From the NCBI GenBank assembly GCA_963770875.1, contig CAVYRE010000006.1, forward strand, positions 27,836 through 91,835: a stretch of DNA of 64,000 nucleotides, in the 5' to 3' direction. This document shows, one piece after another, positions 14,842 through 25,041 of the stretch. Numbering within the stretch: the first letter of the stretch is position 1; every line of letters begins with the position of its first letter. Both the position numbers and the translations under genes were made by a program. The notes under the pieces are model-generated. The model saw only the letters and a list, made by a program, of their open reading frames with translations. It made no database searches and had not been told where the DNA came from. The stretch comes from an uncultured Chloroflexia bacterium (GTDB taxonomy: Bacteria > Chloroflexota > Limnocylindria > QHBO01).

Positions 14842-15995
14842 GCGCCGACGCGCTCCAGGGCGAGGTCGAAGATGCGCGCTGCGTCGATCGGGCCGGGAGC
14901 CCCCTCGGGATGGAACTGGACCGATGCGATCCGCCCCGACGCGTGGATCAGCCCCTCGAGCGTGCCGTCGTTGAGGTCTCGATGGCTGACCCGATACCCG
15001 CGGCCCGCCAGTGCCGGGCCGTCGAGCACCTCCACCTCGTGGTTGTGCGCCCCGATGTCGACGCGCCCGGTGGCCAGCTCGAGCACGGCGTGGTTGCCGC
15101 CGTGGTGGCCGACCGCCAGGCGCCTTGTTGCCGCGCCGGCGGCGAGGGCGAGGAGCTGGTGCCCCAGGCAGATGCCCAGGATCGGCGTCCCGCCGGACAT
15201 TGCGGCCGAGGCGAGCTCACGGACGGTCTCGATCTGCGGGGCCATCCGCGAGGGGTCGCCGGGGCCCGGCGAGAGGACAACGAGGTCGGGCTGCGTGGCG
15301 GAGATGGCGGACGCGGTCGCGTCGTGGGGCAGCACCGTCACCTCGAGCCCGCGACCGGTGAGCGCCCGCAGCAGGGAGCGCTTGACGCCGAAGTCGACGA
15401 GCGCCGCCCGGCCACGGCGCGGCCCCTCCGCGGGCAGCAGGTAGCAGTCTCGTGTCGAGACGGCGGCAACGTGGTCGACGGCGTCCCAGGCGGTGACCTC
15501 TCCGGCCTCGCGCGCCGCCTCCCCGTCATCGCCCGCCGGCCTGATCACCGCGCGCCGGGCGGCGCCGCGGCGCAGCTCGAGGGTCAGCGCGCGCGTGTCA
15601 ATCCCCTCCAACGCCGGGATCCCGGCCTCGACGAGCTGCTCCTCCAGGGAGCGCCCCGGGCCGTCAGGTGGGGTCATCAGGCGCGTCACGACGATGGCCC
15701 GCGGATGGACGCGATCCGATTCGAGCTCGTCCGGTGACAGCCGATAGCTGCCGACCATCGGGTGCGTGAGGACCACGATCTGCCCGGCATATGACGGATC
15801 GGTCAGGATCTCGCCCCAGCCGGTCGCCGCCGTCGAGAAGATGAGGTCGCCCTCGGCCGGTCCGGCGGCGCCCCGCAGGCGCCCACGCAGCACCGTGCCG
15901 CCCTCGAGGGCGAGCACGCCATCGGCCAACGAAAACGACGCCTGCCGCTCGCTGGCGGACGGCGTCGCGTGGTTGCTCGGGAGAGTGGCGCGCAT
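14838..15995 (-). CDS. carA: Carbamoyl-phosphate synthase small (glutaminase) subunit
   Basis: 385 aa with GEILTDPSYAGQIVVLTHPMVG and the GICLGHQLLA catalytic Cys motif. Confidence 0.95.
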   Translation of the reverse strand: MRATLPSNHATPSASERQASFSLADGVLALEGGTVLRGRLRGAAGPAEGDLIFSTAATGWGEILTDPSYAGQIVVLTHPMVGSYRLSPDELESDRVHPRAIVVTRLMTPPDGPGRSLEEQLVEAGIPALEGIDTRALTLELRRGAARRAVIRPAGDDGEAAREAGEVTAWDAVDHVAAVSTRDCYLLPAEGPRRGRAALVDFGVKRSLLRALTGRGLEVTVLPHDATASAISATQPDLVVLSPGPGDPSRMAPQIETVRELASAAMSGGTPILGICLGHQLLALAAGAATRRLAVGHHGGNHAVLELATGRVDIGAHNHEVEVLDGPALAGRGYRVSHRDLNDGTLEGLIHASGRIASVQFHPEGAPGPIDAARIFDLALERVGA

Positions 15996-16134
15996 CGCTT
16001 GCTCCTTTCCGGCATCGCAGTGCCGGGCTTAAAGGACCGAGGCGCAGTCTAGCGCAGGGGCCACCCTCCCCAGGCCTTGATCGGCGCAGTACCATCGCCA
16101 CCCCGACCGGGCAGCCACGAACGAGGAGTCACGC

Positions 16135-16755
16135 ATGACCAGCCGCGCCGCAACCCTGGCCGAGGTCGCCGTCCCCGCCTTCGGGGCGAGCGAATCGGCT
16201 CGCCTGCTGCGCGCGGCGCTGATGGTCGTCGGCGGCGCTGCGCTGACCGCGCTCTCGGCCCAGATCGTCTGGTTCGCGCCCTGGAATCCGCTGGTGCCGT
16301 ACACCTTCCAGACCGCTGCGGTCCTGCTGGTCGGCACCGTCCTCGGCTCGCGCCTGGGGCTTGCCTCCATGCTCCTCTACGTCGTCCTTGGCGCCGCGGG
16401 GCTCGGCGTCTTCGCGCAGGGCACGTCAGGGCTCTTCCGGGCCGATGGCACCCTCAGCCTCACCATCGGCTATCTCGGCGGCTTCGTCCTGGCGGCTGCG
16501 CTCGTCGGGTGGCTGGCCGAGCGAGGCTGGGACCGATCCCCACTCTCCACGCTCGGGCTGATGGTGCTCGGCAACCTGGTCATCTACGCCGTCGGCGTGC
16601 CGGTCCTGATCGCGATCACCGGCCTGGACCTCGGCACGGCGATCAGGGTCGGCGCGCTCGACTTCGCCCCGTGGGACGCCATCAAGATCGTGGCGGCCGC
16701 CGGCCTGCTGCCGCTGGCCTGGCGAGTGATCGGGTCAGGCAGGGCGCGCCGCTAG
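16135..16755 (+). CDS. bioY: Biotin transporter BioY (ECF S-component)
   Basis: 206 aa, PYTFQTAAVLLVGTVLGSRLG...GYLGGFVLAA, typical BioY. GAGGAG RBS upstream. Confidence 0.85.
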   Translation: MTSRAATLAEVAVPAFGASESARLLRAALMVVGGAALTALSAQIVWFAPWNPLVPYTFQTAAVLLVGTVLGSRLGLASMLLYVVLGAAGLGVFAQGTSGLFRADGTLSLTIGYLGGFVLAAALVGWLAERGWDRSPLSTLGLMVLGNLVIYAVGVPVLIAITGLDLGTAIRVGALDFAPWDAIKIVAAAGLLPLAWRVIGSGRARR

Positions 16756-16778
16756 TCCGGCGCGTCCCACCCCTTCGA

Positions 16779-17729
16779 CTATCCCTCCGCGGCGGTCGCG
16801 GGAGGAGCGAGCTCGGCAGGCTTGCGAGCCCGCCGCCCAAGGCCAGGCAGGAATCGCCTGAGCAGCCAGAGCAGGATCGCAAGCAGGATGAGCACCGGAA
16901 GCCACACGATCGCGAACCAGATCGCGCCATTGGCGGCTCCCTGGACGCCGTCGACCAGGGCGGCGAAGGCGTCGGAGATCGTCTTGCCGGGATCCCACTT
17001 GCCGGCCGCCTGCTGCACCGCCCCCGGGACGAGGCTGACGGTCAGCGTCGCGAGGTCGGCCAGGCCGGTCAGCTCCTTCTGCTGGGCCTGGAGCTGCTCG
17101 ATCTGGCCCCGCACGTCGTCGAGGCGCGACTGGACGGCGAGGATGTCCTCGATCTTCTCGGCCTTCGCGAGCAGGAGCCGGTACTGGGCCTCGGACGCCT
17201 GGAGGTTCGTGAGGCGGGCCGCGAGGTCGACGATCGCGGAGGTGACGTCCTCTTCCTTGGTCGTCTCGGTCAGCACGGTGCCATCGATCTTGTGGAGTCG
17301 CGTGATCGCATCCTCGAACCTGGCGGCGGGGATCCGCAGCGTCAGCGTCGCGGTCTGGTCCAGCGTCCCGACCTGGGAATCGCCGACGTAGCCGCCGAGC
17401 TCCAGGGCCATGGCGCGCACGAGTGCCATTGCCCTGGCGACGCTGTTGACCTCGATGCTGACCTCGCCGGTCTTGATGATCCGGCGGGCGGCGAGGTCGG
17501 CGCTGCTGTAATCGGTCGCGCCCGCGCCGCTCCCATTGAGGAGGCCTGGAACGGGTGCGCCAGCGGTGTCTCCGGTCGTGCCCTTGCCTTCCAACGTGCC
17601 CGTCGTGCGGGCCCCAGGGAGGGCTCCCGCGGTGGCGCAGGCCGCGAGCACGAGGGCGATTGCGACGATCAACGCCACCAGCGCAGGGAGTGGCGGGCGT
17701 CGCGCTGCGTGTCGATCGGTGTTGGACAT
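16779..17729 (-). CDS. DUF4349-like lipoprotein with a coiled-coil and a C-terminal TM segment
   Basis: Lipobox LVLAAC, then IIKTGEVSIEVNSV...TLTLRIPAARFEDAI and a coiled-coil, ending in a TM helix. Internal ATG at 17729. Confidence 0.6.
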   Translation of the reverse strand: MSNTDRHAARRPPLPALVALIVAIALVLAACATAGALPGARTTGTLEGKGTTGDTAGAPVPGLLNGSGAGATDYSSADLAARRIIKTGEVSIEVNSVARAMALVRAMALELGGYVGDSQVGTLDQTATLTLRIPAARFEDAITRLHKIDGTVLTETTKEEDVTSAIVDLAARLTNLQASEAQYRLLLAKAEKIEDILAVQSRLDDVRGQIEQLQAQQKELTGLADLATLTVSLVPGAVQQAAGKWDPGKTISDAFAALVDGVQGAANGAIWFAIVWLPVLILLAILLWLLRRFLPGLGRRARKPAELAPPATAAEG

Positions 17730-17811
17730 GGTCCCCTTCTTCTTGGTGCTTGCTGCCAGATGGACGCCGCCGGGTGCCCGCCCGTTCCCTCCCTCGGCTA
17801 GCATCCAATCG

Positions 17812-18606
17812 ATGGATGCCACGAACGCGGCCGCGCCACGCCCGAACCTCCCCGCCTCCGCCTACGAGCGCGATTGGGTCCGGGCCCACCTCGCCGACGA
17901 GCGACGCAAGGCCAGCCTGCTGGGCGAGATCCGGGAGGCGATCTTCGGGGCGCAGGACGGGCTGGTCAGCACGCTGGCGGTGGTGAGCACCGTGGCGGGC
18001 GCGTCCGCGGACCGCGTCCCAGTGCTGATCGCCGGCATCGCCACCGCCCTTGCGGGCGTCTTCAGCATGGCCGCCGGGGAGTACATGAGCAGCAAGAGCC
18101 AGCGCGAGATCTTCGCCGCCCAGATCACCGGCGAGCGCGAAGAGGTGCTCGAGCGGCCGGGCGAGGCGGAGGCGGAGATGGCCTTCATGCTCGAGGAGGA
18201 CGGCCTGCCGCGACCCGTCGCCTCGACGATGGCGACCACCCTCGCCTCCCATCCGGAGGTGTTGCTCAAGACGATGGTCGAGAAGGAGCTGGGGCTCAGC
18301 GGCGAGCACGCCGAGGGGAGCCCATTCCAGGGAGCCCTGGTGATGGGCGCCAGCTTCGGCCTTGGGTCACTCGTGCCGGTCCTTGCCTACCTCGTCCTGC
18401 CGATCGGGATCGCCACCTGGGCGGCGGTGGTGGCGAGCGCGACGGTGCTCTTCGGGATCGGGGTCCTCAAGTCGCGCTGGACGCGGCGGTCGTGGCTGCG
18501 CTCCGGCCTCGAGATCCTGATCCTCGGCGCGGTGGCCGGCATCGCCGGCTTCCTCTTCGGCAACGTGCTGCCGTCCGTCCTCGGCGCCTCGGTCCCCCCG
18601 GTCTAG
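17812..18606 (+). CDS. VIT1/CCC1-family iron/manganese transporter
   Basis: IREAIFGAQDGLVSTLAVVSTVAG...AGEYMSSKSQRE plus C-terminal TM helices. ATG at 17812 inside ORF 17536-18606. Confidence 0.8.
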   Translation: MDATNAAAPRPNLPASAYERDWVRAHLADERRKASLLGEIREAIFGAQDGLVSTLAVVSTVAGASADRVPVLIAGIATALAGVFSMAAGEYMSSKSQREIFAAQITGEREEVLERPGEAEAEMAFMLEEDGLPRPVASTMATTLASHPEVLLKTMVEKELGLSGEHAEGSPFQGALVMGASFGLGSLVPVLAYLVLPIGIATWAAVVASATVLFGIGVLKSRWTRRSWLRSGLEILILGAVAGIAGFLFGNVLPSVLGASVPPV

Positions 18607-18632
18607 CTCGACCTCAGGCGGCGGTGAGCGCC

Positions 18633-19007
18633 TTAACGGCGCTCGGCGTCGAGCCGGGCGACCAGCGCACGTGGTGCGACGGCGCGGTAGCTCTCCTCGA
18701 TCCAGCCCAGCAGCAGGTCGAGCGGGGCGTCCGGCGGAGCGTGCACGGTCACCCAGTAGCCGCGCGCGAGCCCATAGCCGGTGGGCACGGTGAATGGCAT
18801 CGTGAGCGCCTCGTCGTTCGAGATCGGCAGCTTCACGCTGAAGGCGAAGGTCCCGTCCGGATCCGGAGAGCCGAGGAACGCGAAGACCTTCTTCCCGACC
18901 TTGGCAACCGCGTCGCCCCAGGGGTGGTCCTCCCAGGCCTCGGGGAGGCTGAATGCGAAGGCACGGATCGGCTCGTCGAGCGTCACGTGGTCACCGCGGT
19001 CAGCCAT
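18633..19007 (-). CDS. MmcQ/YjbR-family protein
   Basis: 124 aa with LPEAWEDHPWGDAVAKVGKKVFAFLG...GYWVTV, a typical YjbR fold signature. Confidence 0.7.
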   Translation of the reverse strand: MADRGDHVTLDEPIRAFAFSLPEAWEDHPWGDAVAKVGKKVFAFLGSPDPDGTFAFSVKLPISNDEALTMPFTVPTGYGLARGYWVTVHAPPDAPLDLLLGWIEESYRAVAPRALVARLDAERR

Positions 19008-19768
19008 CCGATGCCGAGGACCGCGCTGACGATGAAGAGGGCGAATCGGGCGGGCCAGACCAGGCAGCCGCTGCGGGTCTCGGGCGCCGCCAACGCCCGC
19101 GGTGCGACCACGAGCCCTGCGTAGAAGACGGCCAGCCCGGCCAGCAGCATCCCGGCCACGAACAGGCCGAACCCCGTCTGGTCGACCCGCAGCGAGGCGA
19201 TCAGGTCGGGAACGTTGATGTCGCCGAGCAGCTGCGCTGCGAACCCGTCGAAGATGCCGGCGCAGACGAGCACGAACGGCAGCAGCATCGCGCGCCGGAG
19301 CGTCGCGTCGATGGTTGGCAGCCGATCCCCCAGGACCATGGCGGCCACGATCACGAGGAACGCGGTGCCGACGACCGCTCCCTCGAGGCTCAGCCCAAGG
19401 TAGGTCGAGGCCGATCCCGCGACGAACATGATCGCGAAGACGAGCGGCCCGATGAATGCCATGCGGGCGTCGATCGTCCCGGTCTGAACCGCGGGCAACG
19501 GGGTGCCGGAGGGCCGGGTGGCGATCGCGGCAATGGCGCCGATCACGGCCAGCAGCTGGATCCAGCCGGCGACGGCGTCGGGCGCGTCACCCAGCTGGAG
19601 GACCGGCGCGCTTCCACCGAGCGCCAGCAGCGGCACGGCCGCGACGTTCCAGCCGGCGAGCGCCAGGTCCTCGGCGGCCAGGGAAAGGCGGCTGGCTATT
19701 CCGATCGGTGCTGCCGGAGCTTCGCCTGACATCGGTTGAGCGTGCGGCCGCCCCCGCCGTCCCGTCAA
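18983..19768 (-). CDS. Hypothetical polytopic membrane protein
   Basis: 261-aa ORF with 6-7 hydrophobic segments and no recognisable family. An alternative start lies at 19732. Confidence 0.45.
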   Translation of the reverse strand: MTGRRGRPHAQPMSGEAPAAPIGIASRLSLAAEDLALAGWNVAAVPLLALGGSAPVLQLGDAPDAVAGWIQLLAVIGAIAAIATRPSGTPLPAVQTGTIDARMAFIGPLVFAIMFVAGSASTYLGLSLEGAVVGTAFLVIVAAMVLGDRLPTIDATLRRAMLLPFVLVCAGIFDGFAAQLLGDINVPDLIASLRVDQTGFGLFVAGMLLAGLAVFYAGLVVAPRALAAPETRSGCLVWPARFALFIVSAVLGIGWLTAVTT

Positions 19769-19783
19769 GGCCCGTTGTCGGTG

Positions 19784-22700
19784 TCAGCGGAACATGCGCT
19801 GCTGCTTGGCGAGCGGGACGCGGGTCTCGCGGGCGTCCTCGGCGATCACCGCGGCGACGGGGTGGATCCGTCGCGCCACCACGTTGAGCACCTCGCCCTC
19901 GACCTGGAGCGTGCCGTCGATCACGAGCAGCGGGTTGCGGTGCAGGATCGCGCGGAACTCGGTGTAGACCTGCGGCCGGACCGTGACGTTGATCATGCCG
20001 GTCTCGTCCTCGAGCGCGATGAAGACGAAGTTCTTGGCGGTCATCGGGTGCTGGATGCTGACCGCCAGCCCCGCCAGCCGCACCTGCGACCGATCCCTCC
20101 GTTTCCCGACCTCCGCGACGCTCACCACTCCCCGCTGGGCGAGCCGCTCCCGGAAGAGCTCCACCGCGTGGGCGGTCGGCGAGAGGCCCAGCTCCCGGTA
20201 GTCGGCCGCGATCCGCTCGGCGAAGGTCATCGGGGGGAGGGTGGCGCCCGAGCTCGCGCTGCGCGTCGTCGGTCAGGCCGAGGGCGGGACGCGCGGGATT
20301 GGCGTCGGCCAGGGTGCTGCGCAGCTGCCAGAGGAGCTCGCGACGGGGCGCATCGGTCCAGTCGAACGCCCCGATGGCGATCAGCCGCTCGACCACCTGC
20401 TCGCCCAGCCCCGTGCGCGACACGAAGTCGCGCACGCCCGCGTATGGACCGATGGCGCGCTCGCGCTCGAGCGGCTCGCGCGCTGCACTCGTCGATCCCC
20501 TTCACCTGCCGCATCCCCAGCCGGAGCGCGCCTGGTCGCCGTCGGGGAGGCGGCTCGACCTCGTGCTCCCAGCGCGAGGCGTTGACGTCGACCGGCAGCA
20601 CCTTCACGCCGTGCCGCTTGGCGTCGCCGACGATCACGGCCGGCGAGTAGAAGCCCATCGGCTGGTTGTTGAGGACGCCGGCGTAGTAGTAGGCCGGGTA
20701 GCGCTGCTTGAGCCAGGCGGTGTCGTAGGTGATCTTGGCGAAGGCGGCTGCGTGGGCCCGGGCGAAGCCGAACTCGGCGAAGGCGGAGCAGCGCTGGAAG
20801 AGGTCGTCGCGCGTCCGCCTCGGTGAGGCCGGTGCGCATGGCGCCGCCCACGAAGCGGTCACGCTCGGCCTGCATCTTGGCGTGGCTGCGGTGCGAGCCC
20901 ATCGCCTTGCGGAAGATGTCCGCCTCGAGGGCGGTGTAGCCGCACACCTCGATCGCGATCTGCATCACCTGCTCCTGGTAGAGGATCACGCCCAGGGTGT
21001 CGTCGAGGATCGGCTGCGAGGCTCGGGTGGAGGTAGGTGACCGGCTCGGTTCCGGCGCGTCGGCGCAGGTAGGGGTGGACGGCGTTGCCCTGGATCGGGC
21101 CGGGGCGGATGATCGCGACCTGGACCACCAGGTCCTCGAAGCGCTCCGGGCGGGACTTGGGGAGCGCCTGCATCTGGGCGCGGCTCTCGATCTGGAACAT
21201 GCCGACCGTGTCCGCCGCGCGGATCGTGCGGAACACCTCGGGGTCGTCGTGGGGGAGCGCGTCGAGGTCGATCCGTTGTCCCGTGTCGCGCTCGATCTTG
21301 TCGAGGCACTCGCTCACCACGCCCAGGGTGCGCAGGGAGAGCAGGTCGATCTTCACCAGCCCGAGCGCCTCGATGTCCTCCTTGTCGTACTGCGTGACGA
21401 CCCTGTTGGGCATGGTTGCGCGCTCGATCGGGACAAGGTCGATCAGCGGGGTGCGGGTCACCAGCATCCCGCCGACGTGGATCCCCAGGTGGCGCGGGAA
21501 GCCGTCGATCTCGGCGCAGAGCGCGAGCAGCCACTGCCAGCGGTTGCGCGGCGCGGCGTGCGGCCCTTCGAGGATGGCGTGAGTAGCAGGGCTACTGCTC
21601 GTGCGCCGGAACGCCTCTTCCAGCGCCAGCTCAGTAGCTGGACTACTGAAGGTGCGCGGGAAGGCCTCAATCGGTGCATGAGCAGTAGTGGGGCTTATGG
21701 CGACCGGCAGCACGCTCGGACGGCGGCGCTCCTCGATCGGCATGCCGCTCTCCGGGTCCACTCGCACGACACCCGGCCTTGCCTCCGGCTGGCACCTCCG
21801 CGACCCGCTTCAGCCCGCCCGGCCCGTAGCGCTTCTGCTCCCAGCCCTCGTGCTTGACCGATACCACCGACTGGTCGAGCACCGACGGCCGGCGCGGCGG
21901 GACCCAGCCGCTCTCGCTGTACGGCCGCCCATCGTGGTCGCCGGCGGCGTCGCGGGCACGTGACTCGGCAGCCGCCAGGTCGGGGCGCAGGACGAGGTGG
22001 CCGCTGCCGTGCCACGGGCTGTCGGGATCGTGCCCGATCAGTGGGTTGCCGGCATCGGGCGCTGGTGCACCCCCCAGCTCCTCGAAGAGCCAGCCGAAGG
22101 TGCCGTCGGCGGCGAGGTCGGCGGCGACATCGGTCGCGTCGCGCGTGTCGAGCGCCTTGGCCACCCTGTCGACGAGCTCCAATGGAAAGCCGAGCGCCTT
22201 GGCCACCTCGCGCACGGCTGATCGGGCGCGATAGGTGATCACGGTGCAGACCATCGCGGCGTGATCGGCGCCATAGCGGTTATAGAGGTACTGGATCACC
22301 TCCTCGCGGCGGTTGACGTCGAAGTCGATGTCGATGTCCGGGCAGCGTGCGCGCCTCGTTGATGAAGCGCTCGAAGAGGAGCTTGTGGGCGATCGGGTCG
22401 ACCTTGGTGATGCCGAGGCAGTAGGCCACGATCGAGTCGCCGGCGCTCCCCCGCCCCTGGCCGATGATGCCCGTTGCTCCGCGCGAACTCCATCAGGTCC
22501 CACACGATCAGGAAGAACTCGGCCAGGTTGGTGCGCTCGATGATCTCCAGCTCGTGCGCCAGCTGCTTCACCGACTGCCTGGTAATGGGCCGATAACGGA
22601 CCCGTAAGCCCTCGTGTGCACGCTGGTAGAGATATGAGAACGGCGTCTCTCCCTCGGGGACCGTGAATCCCGGAAACCGATAGCGCTCGAAGTTCAGGTC

Positions 22701-23679
22701 CAGGGCGCAGGATCGGCCGATGGCGGCGGCGCCCGCCATCCCCGCCTCCCAGGCGTGGCGGGCGCGCGCGTCCGGCAGCCCCACGCCGATCCCCGCCAGC
22801 TCGGCGGCGCTCTTCAGGCGGAACTCGGCGTTCGGCAGGAGCAGCTCGCGCGCCTCGTCGAGGGTGGCGCCGTGGCGGATGCAGACCAGCACGTCCTGGA
22901 GCCGATGGCCCCCGGCCGCGGCGTAGTGGACCTGGTTGGTGACGACCACCGGCAGCCCGGCCTCGTCCGCCAGCTCGGCGAGCTGGGCGACGAGCCAGTC
23001 GTCGTCGGGCTCGAGGTGGTGCGACAGCTCCACCGCGAAGTCGCCGTCGGGGAAGCGCCGCGCCCAGCGCCGGGCGGCGTCGAGGGCCGCCTGCCCGCTC
23101 CCCGGCGAGCAGGTGGCGCGGCACCTCCCCGTTGCGACAGCCGGAGAGCCCGACCAGGTGGCCGCGCCCCTCGTCGAGCGCCTCCTCGACCAGCTCCCGC
23201 GTGAAGATGGGGTACTGCTTCTCCCCGGCGAGGTGGCCGCGGCTGGCGAGGCGCGACAGGGCGGTGTAGCCGTCCGCGTCACGCGCCAGCAGGACGAGGT
23301 GATCGCCGGGGATCGGCCCCGCATGCAGCTCGCCGGGCCAGCCCCGGCTCGCATGCTCCCCGCGGACCGGGTCGTTGAGCTTTCGTCCGCGCCGCGCCAG
23401 ACGCAGCTCTTCCTCGCCCCGGGGAATGGCCAGCTCGATCCCGATGATCGCCGTGACCGGGGCCAGGCCGGCGGCCCGGGCGTCATCGGTCCGGGTCTGG
23501 GCAGCCGCCTTGACGAGGCGGACCGCCGCGTACAGGCCGGCGTGGTCGGTGACCGCCAGCGCCGGCATGCCCAGCTGCGCGGCCCGCGCGATCAGCTCCT
23601 CGGGGTGGCTCGCCCCGTCCAGGAAGCTGAAGTTGGAGTGCGCGTGGAGCTCGCAGTAGTCGTCGTCCGGCATGCTCAT
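19784..23679 (-). pseudogene. dnaE2: Error-prone DNA polymerase DnaE2 (Pol III alpha family, ImuC); about 7 frame breaks
   Basis: PHP start [17 protein letters not shown]; PDIDIDF; GFPRHLGIHVGGMLV; GMFQIESRAQM; OB-containing C-terminus ending KQQRMFR. The pieces lie in ORFs 21667-23679, 22296-23486, 20859-21767, 20381-20989, 20227-20862, 19587-20435 and 19784-20230. Confidence 0.9.
21543..21695 (-). repeat. Degenerate 3 x 51-nt (17-aa) in-frame tandem repeat inside dnaE2
   Basis: Units are [17 protein letters not shown] / SPATELALEEAFRRTSS / SPATHAILEGPHAAPRN. The DNA units share agtagc(a/t)gg(g/a)ctactg...gtgcgc.gg.a.gcctc and are rich in A/T-ending codons (AGT, ACT, GCT, CCA, ATT). Confidence 0.65.
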
Positions 23680-23692
23680 CGGACGACGAATG

Positions 23693-23710
23693 ATAGAACG
23701 AATGTTCTAT
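23693..23710. promoter_or_regulatory. LexA (SOS) box of the GAAC-N4-GTTC class upstream of dnaE2
   Basis: ATAGAACGAATGTTCTAT has perfect 7-nt inverted arms and lies 14 nt upstream of the dnaE2 start. It is nearly identical to the box at 30246. Confidence 0.8.
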
Positions 23711-23777
23711 CTGACTACCCTGAAGTTGGCCCAAGCGAGCGGCCACCGACGGCTCGCCCAACAAGTAGGATGAGGCC

Positions 23778-24449
23778 ATGGGAACGACGATTCGCATCCA
23801 CGATGCCACCGGGGACACCGACGCCTATGTCGCACCCGCGCGACCTTCACCAGGTCCGCCGGTCCTGCTCCTCCACACGTGGTGGGGCCTCAACCAGACC
23901 ATGCGCGATCTCGCCGATCGGCTCGCCAGCGATGGCTTCACGGTCCTGGCGCCGGACCTCTTCGATGGGACGGTCAACACCACGATCGAGGACGCCCAGG
24001 CGTTCACCACGTCCATCGAGCAGGGTGACGGCCGGCCCGACGGGCTGAATCCCGACCGCATCATGGGACGCGTCGAGGCGTCGCTCGACCACCTGCTGGC
24101 ACACCCGGAGGCGCGGGGCAAGCGGGCCGCGATCATCGCCGCGAGCTTCGGGGGCTGGTACGGCAGCCAGGTGGCCACGTCGCGGTCGGACGTCGCCGCC
24201 TTCGTCGCCGTCTACAGCGACGTCTACGAGGGACCGGGCGGAGCCGCATATCTTGGCCATTTCGCCGAGCAGGACCAGTTCGTCGACCCTCCCGCGGCGG
24301 ACATGACGCTCCCCGAGGGGAGCGCCGCGTACATCTACCCGGGCATGAAGCACTGGTTCATGGAGCCGGATCGGCCCGAATACGACAAGGAGGCGGCCGA
24401 GCTCGCCTACCGTCGCACCGTGGAGTTCCTGCGCGCCAACCTGACCTGA
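23778..24449 (+). CDS. Dienelactone hydrolase family protein
   Basis: 223 aa with PVLLLHTWWGLNQTMRDLADRLASDGFTVLAPDLF, an alpha/beta hydrolase DLH pattern. Confidence 0.75.
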   Translation: MGTTIRIHDATGDTDAYVAPARPSPGPPVLLLHTWWGLNQTMRDLADRLASDGFTVLAPDLFDGTVNTTIEDAQAFTTSIEQGDGRPDGLNPDRIMGRVEASLDHLLAHPEARGKRAAIIAASFGGWYGSQVATSRSDVAAFVAVYSDVYEGPGGAAYLGHFAEQDQFVDPPAADMTLPEGSAAYIYPGMKHWFMEPDRPEYDKEAAELAYRRTVEFLRANLT

Positions 24450-24492
24450 GCGCCGCGCGGCGGACAGCCGCGTCGGCCCGAGCGGCTGGGGC

Positions 24493-25041
24493 ATGATCCC
24501 GGTCGTGGAGCTGCCGATCCCCACGATCGAGACCGAGCGACTCACGTTGCGGGCCTTCCGCGAGGCGGACGCGACCGCCCTCTTCGAGCTCTCCCAGGAT
24601 CCCGACGTCATGCGGTACGTGGGCGACCGGCGGGTCCCGACCCTCCAGGAATCGTGGCGCGCCGTCGCCGGCTGGCTCGGGCACTGGGCGATCCGCGGCT
24701 ATGGCCAGTGGGCGATCGAGGAGCGAGCGAGCGGCCAGTTCATCGGCCGGGCGGGCATCATCAATCCGGTCGACTGGCCCGGCCCCGAGGTGGGCTATCT
24801 GCTGGGGAAGGCCTGGTGGGGCCACGGGTACGCCACCGAGGCGGCGCGCGCCGCGATGGACTGGGGCTTCGAGCAGGTTGGATTCAGCGAGCTGATCAGC
24901 CTGATCTTCCCGGAGAATGTGCGCTCGATCGCGGTCGCCACGCGCCTCGGGGAGTCGCTCCGCGGCGACACTGTTCTGTGGGGCAACGCGGTTCGGGTCT
25001 ACGGCATCACCCGCGCGGAGTGGGAGGCGAGGCGCGCATGA
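24493..25041 (+). CDS. GNAT N-acetyltransferase (RimJ/RimL-like)
   Basis: TERLTLRAFREADATALFEL...GYLLGKAWWGHGYATEAARAAMDWGF. Confidence 0.8.
   Translation: MIPVVELPIPTIETERLTLRAFREADATALFELSQDPDVMRYVGDRRVPTLQESWRAVAGWLGHWAIRGYGQWAIEERASGQFIGRAGIINPVDWPGPEVGYLLGKAWWGHGYATEAARAAMDWGFEQVGFSELISLIFPENVRSIAVATRLGESLRGDTVLWGNAVRVYGITRAEWEARRA

Noticed and set aside
15996-16030. A hairpin (CCGGCA-6 nt-TGCCGG, 16009-16026) abutting the carA Shine-Dalgarno, considered as a PyrR-type attenuator.
   Set aside because: The PyrR binding consensus (ARUCCAGAGAGGYU-like loop) is not present. A 6-bp stem alone is insufficient evidence.
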